Shown piece after piece: positions 1 to 10,033 of a stretch of DNA of 36,154 bases. The position numbers and the translations under genes were made by a program. This stretch comes from an uncultured Acidimicrobiaceae bacterium (GTDB taxonomy: Bacteria; Actinomycetota; Acidimicrobiia; Acidimicrobiales; Ilumatobacteraceae). The stretch spans positions 1 to 36,154 of the forward strand of contig CAIXHI010000394.1 in NCBI GenBank assembly GCA_903919215.1, given 5' to 3'. How positions within the stretch are numbered: position 1 is the stretch's first letter; every line of letters begins with the position of its first letter. A model generated the notes under the pieces. It had not been told where the DNA came from and made no database searches. It saw only the letters and a list, made by a program, of their open reading frames with translations.

Positions 1-243
1 CACAACTCCTGCGCTACCTTCCCCCACGGGGGCCTCCTTGGACTCGGACCGTTCAACAGTCACAAGTTCACCGAGGCCCCATCTCACATCGCGGATGCTG
101 CTCCCAGCTTCGATGCGTAGGGCCCCGTAGCGTGGTCATCAATGACCGCAGTCGGCGTCGACCACCCCGCTGATCTGGACAGCCCGATTCCACACGAAAT
201 CGGCGCCCGTCACCCCGGTACAGCGCTGGAGACGCACGTCTGA

Positions 244-1146
244 ATGCACCGCGAACCACATCACGAACAGCGCAACGGCATCATCGTTGCCGTCACCACC
301 TATGCGCTGTGGGGGCTGCTGACCATCTACTGGAAACAGCTCGAGCATTTCGACGCATTCGAACTGATCGGCTGGCGCATCGTTGCGTCCGCCGTGGTGA
401 TGGCTGCCGTGCTGACGTTCACGCGTCGCTGGCAGAACGTGATCGCCGTGTTCCGCGACCGGCGCCTACTGGGCACCGTCACGATTGCCTCGCTGTTCCT
501 CACGGTGAACTGGACGTCGTACGTGTGGGCAGTGGTGCATGACCATGTGCTCGAGACCGCGCTCGGCTACTTCGTCGCACCACTCGGCACGGTGATGGTG
601 GGCGTGATCGTGCTCCACGAACCGTTGCGATTGGCGCAGAAGGTTGCGATCGCGTTCGCCCTGACATCGGTGGCGGTACTCACCGCAAGTTACGGCCGAG
701 TGCCCTGGTTAGCCCTCGCGATCGCTGTGTCCTGGACCGTCTACGGCTACATGAAGAAGCAGGTGCCGCTGTCCCCCGTCGACAGCATGGCGGCGGAGAC
801 CTTTGTACTCGTCGCCCCAGCACTGCTGCTGGCGATCGCGCTTGCTGGGCGGGCCGGCAGCATTCCGCACTCGGCGAGCAACGGGCAGTTGACCTTCGCG
901 ATCTGCACCGGCCTCGCCACCGCCGGACCACTCATGCTGTTCGCGTTCGCTGCTCACCGGGTGCCGCTCACCATCATCGGCCCGATGCAGTACATCGTGC
1001 CGACGATGAACTTTGTCATCGGCTGGCTGATCTATGACGAAGCAATGCCCACCGACCGCTTGATCGGTTTCGCACTGGTGTGGATCGGCCTGATCGTGCT
1101 CACCGTGGAGTCGCTCGTCCGTGCCCGTCGACTGCGTGTGACCTGA
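244..1146 (+). CDS. rarD: RarD-type EamA/DMT family permease
   Basis: ATG-initiated 300-aa ORF with about ten hydrophobic segments in two EamA-like halves. The N-terminal block GIIVAVTTYALWGLLTIYWKQL is typical of the RarD subfamily. A strong hairpin follows the stop. Confidence 0.8.
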   Translation: MHREPHHEQRNGIIVAVTTYALWGLLTIYWKQLEHFDAFELIGWRIVASAVVMAAVLTFTRRWQNVIAVFRDRRLLGTVTIASLFLTVNWTSYVWAVVHDHVLETALGYFVAPLGTVMVGVIVLHEPLRLAQKVAIAFALTSVAVLTASYGRVPWLALAIAVSWTVYGYMKKQVPLSPVDSMAAETFVLVAPALLLAIALAGRAGSIPHSASNGQLTFAICTGLATAGPLMLFAFAAHRVPLTIIGPMQYIVPTMNFVIGWLIYDEAMPTDRLIGFALVWIGLIVLTVESLVRARRLRVT

Positions 1147-1157
1147 CCCCGGACGCG

Positions 1158-1187
1158 GAACGGCCCGCCCTCGCGGGCGGGCCGTTC
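1158..1187. terminator. Perfect 13-bp stem hairpin between convergent rarD and the LivJ-like gene (candidate terminator)
   Basis: GAACGGCCCGCCC (1158-1170), loop TCGC, GGGCGGGCCGTTC (1175-1187). It is followed by TGGTTC on the plus strand. There is no clean U-tract on the minus strand. Confidence 0.55.
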
Positions 1188-1215
1188 TGGTTCAGAGATC
1201 GACGAACGAGGCGAG

Positions 1216-2595
1216 TTACTTCGTCTCGAAGTCGGTGATCAGATCACCCTTGGCAGCGAACGTCTTCGTGTCGAAGTTCCACTGCAGCACCTGCAGCGAC
1301 TCCGCCATGAACGTGTCCGCTTCGCCGTTCATCTTGAACACCACGCCGGGGCGGCCCATCGACGGGGTGTAGTTGAAGTTGCGGGCGGCGTTGATGATCG
1401 AGGCGCGGGTGAGGCCCTCGGGCGAGTCCATTGCCTGCTTCAGGATGGCCACCGTGGTCTCGGCGGTCGACCAGCCGGCAGTCGCCGTGGTGACGATGTC
1501 GGCATGACCTGCCTTGGTCATGAAGTCGAGATACGTCTTCACATTGGGCATCGCGGCATTGGCCGGGTCGGCGACGTCGATGAGGTTGTTCGACGTGTAC
1601 AGACCCGAACCGTTCGGACCGGCCACGGCCAGGATGAGTGCACTGGCGCACGTGTTGGTGACGATGTTCATCGGTTCCCAGCCCGCGGTCTGCGCCTTCT
1701 TGTCAGCCAGGGCCGCCAGATAGGTGATGCAACCGGCGCCGAGCGGCACCGCGACGATTGCGTCGGGCTTGGCATCGGCGATGGACGTCAGCTGACCGGC
1801 CGGCGGGGCGGTGTCGGTGGGCTCGATCGTCTCCTCGGCCACGATCTCGATGCCGTAGTCGGCACCTTCAGCCTTGATGACGTCTGCGTACGACTGACCA
1901 AATTCGCTATTCACGTAGAACAGGGCCACCTTGGCACCGTTGGGGAACTGCTGCTTCAGGAACTGCATGTAAACACGCGATTCCACGGTGTACGGCACCA
2001 GCTGACCGGTGGTCCAGGGATAGTCGGCAACGTCGGTGCCCCAGGCCGGCAGACCGGTGAGGTTGCCAAGTTGCGGGATGCACGACTCGTTCAGCGTGTC
2101 GCGCACTGCCAGGTTGTTCGGCGAGCCGAGGATGCCGGAGAAGACGCTGACGCCCTCATCGATCAGCTTCGACACTGCGCCAGGGGTGAGGTCCTTGTTG
2201 TACTGGTCGTCCTCGACCATGCCTTCGATCTTGACATCGCCGAGGATGCCGGTCTCGTTGGCGTAGTCCATGTACGCCTTCCAGCCAGCGACCACGGGCG
2301 AGAACGCCTCGTCGGCTGAGGTGTCGCCGGTGAGCGGCATGACCGCGCCGATCTTGATGGTGCCCTCAATCTTCGCGTTGGCCGCATCGGCGTCAACGCA
2401 GTTGGCCGTGTCAACGGCCCACGTCGTGGCAGCCGGAGTGGTCTCGACGGTGGTCTCACCGGTCGTGGACTCCGTGGACGCTGCAGAGGTGGTGGTGGCG
2501 TCGCTGCTCTTCTTGTCGTCGCTGCACGCAGCAACGACCAACGACCCGCAGAAAATCGCTGCGAGCAGTCGAGTGGACTTCTGTCCGGTCTTCAT
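1216..2595 (-). CDS. Branched-chain amino acid ABC transporter substrate-binding lipoprotein (LivJ/LivK-like, type 1 periplasmic binding fold)
   Basis: Track ORF 1216-2667 trimmed to the ATG at 2595, which is preceded by AAGGGGAG. Signal peptide plus lipobox: MKTGQKSTRLLAAIFCGSLVVAAC. A Ser/Thr-rich linker precedes the binding domain. It is the last gene of the liv operon. Confidence 0.85.
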   Translation of the reverse strand: MKTGQKSTRLLAAIFCGSLVVAACSDDKKSSDATTTSAASTESTTGETTVETTPAATTWAVDTANCVDADAANAKIEGTIKIGAVMPLTGDTSADEAFSPVVAGWKAYMDYANETGILGDVKIEGMVEDDQYNKDLTPGAVSKLIDEGVSVFSGILGSPNNLAVRDTLNESCIPQLGNLTGLPAWGTDVADYPWTTGQLVPYTVESRVYMQFLKQQFPNGAKVALFYVNSEFGQSYADVIKAEGADYGIEIVAEETIEPTDTAPPAGQLTSIADAKPDAIVAVPLGAGCITYLAALADKKAQTAGWEPMNIVTNTCASALILAVAGPNGSGLYTSNNLIDVADPANAAMPNVKTYLDFMTKAGHADIVTTATAGWSTAETTVAILKQAMDSPEGLTRASIINAARNFNYTPSMGRPGVVFKMNGEADTFMAESLQVLQWNFDTKTFAAKGDLITDFETK

Positions 2596-2632
2596 TCGCT
2601 CCCCTTTGGGTGGTCCGGTTGTTGTATTCCGG

Positions 2633-3781
2633 TCAGGATTCGGGCTGTGCCGTTTCCTGGGGAACAACGCTAGCCGTGCCAGCCGGTCTGGGCACGACGG
2701 CGACCACCGTTGCCACCGCCTTGTGCCACAGCCCGACGATGCCGAACGGGGCGAAGAACATCAACAGGATCAGCGCCAGCGCGAAGATGCCGCTCCCGGG
2801 CGCCACGTCGGACCAGCTGAACAGGGGCCTCACGGCGCCCGGAATGTTGTTCGGATCGCTCCAGTCGCTGGTGCGCTCGATGATGAACTGGTACACCACC
2901 GCGCCCAGGACCGGCCCCCACAACGAGCCGGAGCCGCCTACCACCATGATCACCAGGAACGTGATCGAGCCGGCCACGGTGAGCAGCGCCGAGTCGGGGG
3001 TGACGGTGCCGGTGCGGATGGCAGACAGCGACCCCGGCAACGCGCACATGGCCGCCGAGAGACCGAACACGATGCCCTTGGTGACGGCGAGGTTGACGCC
3101 CATCACCGCAGCCGCAGTGCTGTTGTCGCGGATGGCCACCAGCGAGCGTCCCATGCGGCTCTTCACGATGCCGCGGCACACCAGGTATACCAGTGCCACG
3201 ATCGACACACCCACCCAGAAGTAGAACGGCTTCACGTTCTGCCCGCGCAGGTTGCCCCACGGGTTCCAACCGAACAGTTCGTACGTGGGGTTCGCCTTGT
3301 TGAACTTGAACCCTGTCTTGTCGAGGCCACGCGAACCATTGGTGAGCCACTCGATCTTGGGCCACTTCACGAACGCGGGGAACACCAGGCCCAAGGCCAG
3401 GGTGACCAGCGCGAGGTACACGCCCTTGATCCGCAGCGCCGGCAGCGACACCAGCACGCCCACCACGAACGCCACGGCAAAGGCCACCGGAAGGGTCACG
3501 AACGGGCTCCAGCCCCACCGAGTGACACCGATGGCCGTGGTGTACACACCGATACCGAAGAACGCCGAGTGACCCAGCGAGATCTGTCCGGTGAACCCCA
3601 GCAACAGGTTCAACGACATCGCCGCGGCCATCAGCATGGTGGCCGTGGTGCACGTGTCGATGAGGCTGTCGCTGCCGTGGGTGGGGATCCAGAGCAAGAC
3701 GGCCACGAGCGCGCCAGCGGCCCCCACTCGAATCGCCCAACTGGGCAGGCCACCGGACCGGAGATGGATCGGCAGGCTCAT
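2633..3781 (-). CDS. livM: Branched-chain amino acid ABC transporter permease LivM
   Basis: Track ORF 2633-4255 trimmed to the ATG at 3781, which forms an ATGA overlap with the livH stop (3778-3780). Begins MSLPIHLRSGG. Contains SLNLLLGFTGQISLGHSAFFGIGVYT, typical of LivM. Confidence 0.9.
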   Translation of the reverse strand: MSLPIHLRSGGLPSWAIRVGAAGALVAVLLWIPTHGSDSLIDTCTTATMLMAAAMSLNLLLGFTGQISLGHSAFFGIGVYTTAIGVTRWGWSPFVTLPVAFAVAFVVGVLVSLPALRIKGVYLALVTLALGLVFPAFVKWPKIEWLTNGSRGLDKTGFKFNKANPTYELFGWNPWGNLRGQNVKPFYFWVGVSIVALVYLVCRGIVKSRMGRSLVAIRDNSTAAAVMGVNLAVTKGIVFGLSAAMCALPGSLSAIRTGTVTPDSALLTVAGSITFLVIMVVGGSGSLWGPVLGAVVYQFIIERTSDWSDPNNIPGAVRPLFSWSDVAPGSGIFALALILLMFFAPFGIVGLWHKAVATVVAVVPRPAGTASVVPQETAQPES

Positions 3782-4703
3782 ACTCGTTCCACCTTCGACG
3801 TGCCGAACAATCCGGCCGGCCGCAACAGCAGCACCGCCAGGATCACCAGGAAGGCCACTCCCACCTTCATCTGCTGGCCGACCCACTCGTCGGCGTAGCC
3901 GGCCACGAGGTTCTGGATGACTCCGATGGCCAGGCCGCCCACGACGGCACCACCAGGGCTGTCGAACCCGCCCAACGTGGCCGCTGCCGAGGCGTAGATG
4001 AACACCGAGAACATCAGGCTCTGGTTCACGTTGGTGGTGAGACCGGCGTACACCACCCCGCCCAGTGCACCCACTGCGGCGGCGATGCCCCAGCTGACCA
4101 TCAGCACCGTGCCGGTGCGGATGCCCACCAACTTCGAACTCTCCGAGTTGGAGGCGACAGCGCGCATCGCCAGCCCGAGCTTGGTGTAGTTGAACATGAG
4201 GTACAAGCCGCCGCCGATGACCAACACCAGCACCAGCATCCAGAACGACTGCCACTTGATGGCGGCGCCGAACACGTTGAAGTAATCGGTGGGGTTGTTC
4301 GGGAACAGGCTGGGGAACTTGCCCTGTGTGCTGCCCATCGCCGAGCTAGGCAGTTGCTGGCCGCCCCAGAGAGCGCCGTCGAGCCAGTTCAGGAACTGGA
4401 ACAGACCGATGGTGACGATGAACACCGCGAAGGGTGATTTCCTGCTGATCGGGCGCACCAGCACCACCTCGGTGCCGGCGCCGAGCACGAAGCCCACCAC
4501 CATGCCCATCAGCACTGCCAGTCCGATCGGCACACCCCACTCGCCGAACTGGTACACGGCATAGGTGCTGAACAGTGCCATCTCGCCCTGTGCGAAGTTG
4601 AGGTGGCCGGTGCCGCGATAGATGATCACCAGTCCCAGCGCGAGCAGCGCATAGATGCTGCCTTCGCTGAGGCCGTCGACGAGTCGTTGCAGGAACAGTG
4701 CCA

Positions 4704-4704
<1 letters not shown>
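3778..4704 (-). CDS. livH: Branched-chain amino acid ABC transporter permease LivH
   Basis: 308 aa. The N-terminus MALFLQRLVDGLSEGSIYALLALGLVIIYRGTGHLNFAQGE is the canonical LivH start. The start overlaps the livF stop by 1 nt. Confidence 0.9.
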
Positions 4705-5413
<709 letters not shown>

Positions 5414-5417
<4 letters not shown>

Positions 5418-6196
5418 GTCGCACTCCCCAGATACGCCTCGATCACCGCTGGGTCGATCTGCACCTCGGCGGGGGTGCCATCGGCAATCTTGCGACCGAA
5501 CTCCATCGCCACGACGCGGTCGCTGATCGCCATCACCATCGACATGTGATGCTCCACCAGCAGGACCGTCAACTCGAACTGGTCGCGGATCGACTGGATC
5601 GTGTGGCCGAGTTCATCCACCTCACCGTGCGGCAGACCGGCAGCAGGTTCGTCCATCAACAGGAACTTCGGCCGGGAAGCCAGAGCACGAGCGATTTCCA
5701 GCCGCTTCAGCGTGCCGAACGGCAGACCAGCGGCGGGGCGGAACGCCAGATGGCCGAGACCCAACTGCTGCAGCAGATCACCTGCGAAGTCGCGGGTGCG
5801 CCGGTTGTCGGCGGCGACGCCAATGCGAGTGATCGCCCGCAGGAAGCCGATACGACCCTGACTGTGGGCGCCCACCATCACGTTCTCCAACAACGACATC
5901 GTCGGGAACAGGGCCAGGTTCTGAAACGTGCGAGCGATACCCAGCCGGGCAATCCCATGCGCAGGAACGTGCAGCAGTTCCGTGCCGCCGTACAACACTG
6001 AACCCGCCGTGGGCTGATAGATCCGGCTGACGACGTTGAACATCGTCGTCTTCCCCGCACCGTTGGGCCCGATGAGCCCGCAGATGTGTCCCTCTTCGAT
6101 GGCGAACGACAGCCCATCAAGGGCCACGATCCCACCGAAGTTCACGGTCACGTTCTGAACATCGAGCAGCGTCACGCTGTCTCTCACCTTCCCCAA
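5414..6196 (-). CDS. livG: Branched-chain amino acid ABC transporter ATP-binding protein LivG
   Basis: Walker A GPNGAGKTT, LivG-type signature LPFGTLKRLEIARAL, Walker B FLLMDEPAAGL. The start is uncertain: the track start at 6196 is TTG, and a GTG at 6175 preceded by GGAAGGTGAG is an equally good candidate. Confidence 0.9.
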
Positions 6197-6259
6197 CGCC
6201 GAGTGTGCCCACCGTAGCGCTTCACGAGCCTGCCGTCGATGAGCAAGGTGGCCACGGTG

Positions 6260-7102
6260 TCAGTCGTGGAAGTCGAGCGCGGCGCGCATCGTGACGTCGA
6301 AGTCCTCGAATGACATCGCGGCCTTCGTCGCCGCGATCAGTTCAGCGTCGGCGCCCACGAGATACCGCAGCTTGCCCGGTCGCTCTGTGGCCGCGCAGTA
6401 GATCGCATCGGCGACGGCCTGCGGATGAGCCGGTTGACCATTGACGAGCGTGCGCTGAGCGGTGCGGAACCGATCACGGCGCACCGCCTCCGGGCTTCCT
6501 TCGATCATCGCTGCGGCGTGCAGTCCGTTGTCGCCCAATGCCGTGGCGAACTGCCCCGGCTCGACGACGCTCACACGCACCCCGAGATGCGATAACTCGA
6601 AGTGCATGGCCTCGGTCAGCGCCTCCACTGCGTGTTTGCTCGCCGCATAGATACCGCCGTACGGCGTACCCACCAGCCCGGCGATCGAGCCGACGGTGAC
6701 GATCGCGCCGCCACCATTCGCCACCAAGTGCGGCACCACGGCTCGGGCCATGCGAATGACACCGAGCACGTTGGTATCCATCTGGCGCAGGACCTCGTCG
6801 TCGCTGACGAGGTGCACCGCCCCGAACACTTCGATACCGGCGTTGTTGACCACGACGTCGATACGCCCAGCGCGGCGGATGGCCTCGGAGACCGCCGCGT
6901 CCACGCTGGCTGCGTCGCACACATCGAGTGCGAGTTGTGTGATGTCGGGGCGACCGTTCAGCGCCACCGACTTCCCAGGTGTGCGCATGGTGGCGAACAC
7001 CTGGTGCCCACGATCGGCGAAGGTGAGCGCGGCGAGTTCACCGAAGCCGCTGCTGCAGCCGGTGATCAGAACGTTGAGCGGGGCGGTGGTGGTGGGCGAC
7101 AT
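6260..7102 (-). CDS. SDR family NAD(P)-dependent oxidoreductase
   Basis: VLITGCSSGFG (TGxxxGxG), NNAG, and catalytic YAASKHAVEAL (YxxxK). The ATG lies 11 nt downstream of the LLM gene stop. Confidence 0.85.
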   Translation of the reverse strand: MSPTTTAPLNVLITGCSSGFGELAALTFADRGHQVFATMRTPGKSVALNGRPDITQLALDVCDAASVDAAVSEAIRRAGRIDVVVNNAGIEVFGAVHLVSDDEVLRQMDTNVLGVIRMARAVVPHLVANGGGAIVTVGSIAGLVGTPYGGIYAASKHAVEALTEAMHFELSHLGVRVSVVEPGQFATALGDNGLHAAAMIEGSPEAVRRDRFRTAQRTLVNGQPAHPQAVADAIYCAATERPGKLRYLVGADAELIAATKAAMSFEDFDVTMRAALDFHD

Positions 7103-7113
7103 CGTCGAGCCGT

Positions 7114-8163
7114 TCAGTCGTCGACGAGGGTGCGCAGGAGTTCGATCTGACCGACTGGGTCGGGGCCGACGGGGTTCACCGACAACACGGTGACTCCGGC
7201 TTCCTTGTAGGCCGCGATGCGCTCCTTGATGTAGCTACGTGGGCCGACCAAGTTGGCCAACTCCAGCCACTCAGCAGGCAAGGCAGCGGCAGCTTCGTCC
7301 TTCTTGCCATCAAGGTACAGATCCTGCACCTCGTCGGCCTCCTTCTCGTAGCCGTAGGCGCGAGCGATGTCGTTGTAGAAGTTCTTGCCGCGCGCACCCA
7401 TGCCACCGACGTACAACGCCATGTGCGGGCGGCCCAGATCGAGCACCTTCTTCTGCTCGTCACCGACCAACTTCTCGTCGATCGCCAACATGCCACCGGC
7501 GGAGATGTCGAGGCGCTTGCGGTCGGGTGAGCGTTTGGCCAGACCAGCCTTGAGCTGCGGGCCCCACACGGTGTGGTACTTCTCGGGGATGAACAGGATC
7601 GGCAGCCAGCCGTCGGCCAGTTCCGCCGTGGCTTCGACGCTCTTGTCCTTCAGGCTGGCCCACCAGATCGGGATATCGCTGCGCAGCGGGTGGTTGATCA
7701 ACTTCAGCGGCTTGCCCATTCCGGTGCCCTCACCTGCGGGCAGCGGCGCCTTCACAGTCTGACCTTGGTAGTTGAACACCTCGCGCTTCCAGATCATGCG
7801 GCAGGCCTCGATGTACTCCTTGGTACGCATCATCGGCTTCTCGTACGGCACGCCGTGGAAGCCCTCGACCACCTGCGGGCCGCTGGCACCGAGGCCGAGG
7901 ATGAACCGACCGCCACTGACGTAATCGCAGCCAGCGGCAGTCATCGCCATCAATGCAGCAGTTCGCGAATACACGTTGACGATGCCGGTGCCGATCTCGA
8001 TGCGATCGGTGATCGCTGAGAGATAACCGACCTGGCTGATGGAGTCGAAGCTGTACGCCTCCGCCACCCACACCTGGTCGAGGCCGGCCTTCTCCAGTTC
8101 CACGACTCGCTGGGCCGATTCCTTGAACCCATCGCCGTAGTTGATCATCATTGAGAGCTTCAT
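7114..8163 (-). CDS. LLM-class (luciferase-like) flavin/F420-dependent oxidoreductase
   Basis: Track ORF 7114-8553 trimmed to the ATG at 8163 (MKLSMMINYGDG). The removed extension is Arg/Ser/Trp-rich and overlaps larE in another frame. Blocks such as LGLGASGPQVVEGFHG and GGMGARGKNFYN resemble the LLM family. The F420 versus FMN choice cannot be decided by eye. Confidence 0.8.
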   Translation of the reverse strand: MKLSMMINYGDGFKESAQRVVELEKAGLDQVWVAEAYSFDSISQVGYLSAITDRIEIGTGIVNVYSRTAALMAMTAAGCDYVSGGRFILGLGASGPQVVEGFHGVPYEKPMMRTKEYIEACRMIWKREVFNYQGQTVKAPLPAGEGTGMGKPLKLINHPLRSDIPIWWASLKDKSVEATAELADGWLPILFIPEKYHTVWGPQLKAGLAKRSPDRKRLDISAGGMLAIDEKLVGDEQKKVLDLGRPHMALYVGGMGARGKNFYNDIARAYGYEKEADEVQDLYLDGKKDEAAAALPAEWLELANLVGPRSYIKERIAAYKEAGVTVLSVNPVGPDPVGQIELLRTLVDD

Positions 8164-8182
8164 GACCGACCACATTAGGCCG

Positions 8183-8974
8183 TCAGCCGTTGAGATTCCC
8201 CGACCGGAACCCCTCGAGGTCGAGCGTCGCATAGCGATACCCCTGACCGCGGACCACACGCACGACCTCGTCACGCTGTGCGAGCACGAGTGGCAGTTCA
8301 TCGAGCCCGACCTCGATACGTGCTGTCTCGCCATAGTGACGCACACGGATCTGGCGGAAGCCCAGGCGTCGTAACGCAGCCTCGGCACGCTCGACCTGAC
8401 CGAGCAGACTGACCGACACCTCGGTGCCATAGGGAACGCGACTGGCCAGGCAGGCCATCGCCGGCTTGTCCCACGTGCGCAGGCCCAACAGCTGCGACGC
8501 CTCGCGGACATCAGCCTTGGTGAACTCCGCGACGACCAGCGGGAATTCTGCACCAGCCTCCACTGCAGCCTTCTGCCCTGGGCGATGCTCGCCGAGATCG
8601 TCCACGTTCACACCGAGCAGCACCGTCGCTCCCTCGGCAGCAGCGAGTGGGCCCACCACATCCATCAGTTCGGCCTTGCAGTGGAAGCAGCGATCCGTGT
8701 CGTTCAGGCGATACGCCGCCCGCTCCATCTCGTGTGTCGTGACGGGTGTCCAGCGCAGACCCCACTCCTGCGCCAGCGAACGGCACTCGGTCTCTTCGTC
8801 GCCAGCCAACGACGGCGACACGGCCGTCACCGCATGCGCGTGCTGCGACCCCAGCGTGCGGTGCGCGACGGCTGCGAGGAACGCCGAATCGGCGCCACCG
8901 CTGAACGCCACCACGACCCGGCCCAGGCGACGGAGTTCGGTCTCCAGCGCGGCGAGCTTACGGTCGAGAGTCAC
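8183..8974 (-). CDS. larE: PP-loop ATP pyrophosphatase of the LarE/TIGR00268 type (putative sulfur transferase)
   Basis: PP-loop VVAFSGGADSAFLA (SGGxDS). Cysteines lie in DRCFHCKAEL (CxxC) and MACLASRVPYG (the LarE-type CLxSR context). 263 aa, ATG start. Confidence 0.75.
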   Translation of the reverse strand: MTLDRKLAALETELRRLGRVVVAFSGGADSAFLAAVAHRTLGSQHAHAVTAVSPSLAGDEETECRSLAQEWGLRWTPVTTHEMERAAYRLNDTDRCFHCKAELMDVVGPLAAAEGATVLLGVNVDDLGEHRPGQKAAVEAGAEFPLVVAEFTKADVREASQLLGLRTWDKPAMACLASRVPYGTEVSVSLLGQVERAEAALRRLGFRQIRVRHYGETARIEVGLDELPLVLAQRDEVVRVVRGQGYRYATLDLEGFRSGNLNG

Positions 8975-9020
8975 CGGATAACCCTACCGACCGCCCCAGG
9001 CGCTACCGTCGGCTCGTCCC

Positions 9021-9941
9021 ATGGCAACCCCCAGCACCCACGATCGGCGGCAGGCGTTCATCCTGTTCGCGGCCTCGATCGCGATCGGGTCGTTCTCCTT
9101 CACGCTGGTGAAGATTGCCCTGCGTGAACTCAGCCCGCTCGGGCTGGCCACGGGCCGAGTCGTCACGGCGGCGCTCGTCTACGTGGCCGTCATCGCCGCC
9201 CGCCCCGCTCGGCGCACGCCCATCCGCAAGGGAGACCGCCTACGCGTCGTGCTGTGCGGTTTTGGTGGTTCGGCGGTCTTCCACCTGTTCTTCAGCTGGG
9301 GACAGCAACGAGTGACGGTGGCGGTGGCGGCCGTGGTGATGGCGACGATGCCGGCGATGGTCGCAGCCGGCGAGGTGCTGTTCCTGCGCCACCGACTGAC
9401 CGGATTGCACCTCGCCGGTCTGACTGCGTCGATCGCAGGATGCGTGGCCATCGGCGTCGCCGGAGGGGGCCACGGGTCGACGTCGGCCTTGGGTGCGGGC
9501 GCGATCGCCCTTGCCACCTTGACCTGGGCGGCGGTGACGGTCGCCACCCGCAGCATCACCAAGTCGTATGACGGGTGGTGGCTGAACACGCCAGGCACCC
9601 TGCTGGGCGTGCTCGTCATCCTCGCCCTCGAGGCGCCGCACCTCGGCGAGTTCGGGAGCCTGTCGTTGAAGGGTTGGCTGGCCATCATCTGGCTCGGCTC
9701 CGCCAGTTCAGCCTTCATCTACTACGTGATGGCACGGGTGATGACCGTCATGTCCGGAACGACGGCCTCGGCCCTCGGCACCGTCGTCACCCCGTCGAGC
9801 GTGTTGGTGGCATGGCTCGTGTTGGGCGACACGCCGTCGTTCGCCGAAGTGCTCGGCGGCATCTGCGTCATCAGCGGAGCGGTCCTCGTCACGCGCGGCC
9901 CGGCACCCGACGCGCACCTGGAGCTGACAGCCCCCCTGTGA
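9021..9941 (+). CDS. EamA/DMT family transporter
   Basis: 306 aa with ten hydrophobic helices in two repeated halves. ATG start. Divergent from larE across a 46-bp spacer. Confidence 0.8.
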   Translation: MATPSTHDRRQAFILFAASIAIGSFSFTLVKIALRELSPLGLATGRVVTAALVYVAVIAARPARRTPIRKGDRLRVVLCGFGGSAVFHLFFSWGQQRVTVAVAAVVMATMPAMVAAGEVLFLRHRLTGLHLAGLTASIAGCVAIGVAGGGHGSTSALGAGAIALATLTWAAVTVATRSITKSYDGWWLNTPGTLLGVLVILALEAPHLGEFGSLSLKGWLAIIWLGSASSAFIYYVMARVMTVMSGTTASALGTVVTPSSVLVAWLVLGDTPSFAEVLGGICVISGAVLVTRGPAPDAHLELTAPL

Positions 9942-10033
9942 TGTTCTGAGTTCCGTGCGCATTGTTGCTTGTGGCCGCGCCGCACGGGGCGCACACTCAA
10001 GGTGCAGAGCAACCTTCCTGAGAGGAGGCCGCC

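Noticed and set aside
1-120. Possible 3' end of a plus-strand CDS in frame 1, ending at the TAG at 118-120.
   Set aside because: Only 39 codons are visible and they carry no recognisable motif. Third-position GC is moderately high but this is not decisive, so it is left unannotated. The minus-strand ORFs 68-259 and 139-348 look like Arg-rich shadows.
2270-3898. 542-aa plus-strand ORF antisense to livM/livJ. Similar long shadow ORFs occur at 10175-11893 (572 aa), 13742-14608, 15270-15902, 16377-17219, 17222-18253, 19573-20478, 27960-28886, 30185-31243 and 32979-33700.
   Set aside because: Their Arg/Gly/Pro/His-rich, motif-free translations are typical of antisense or off-frame reading in high-GC DNA. 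Each overlaps an ORF with unambiguous family motifs and proper RBS or operon spacing.
3782-4255. N-terminal extensions of track ORFs: livM to 4255, LLM to 8553, ACAD to 12827, livJ-like to 2667, PAP2 to 17000, YdjC to 31164, S9 to 26922, PEBP to 32979, and the SDR to 19618.
   Set aside because: The extensions overlap upstream genes in another frame, are compositionally aberrant, and precede internal starts that match family N-termini, RBS positions or ATGA coupling.
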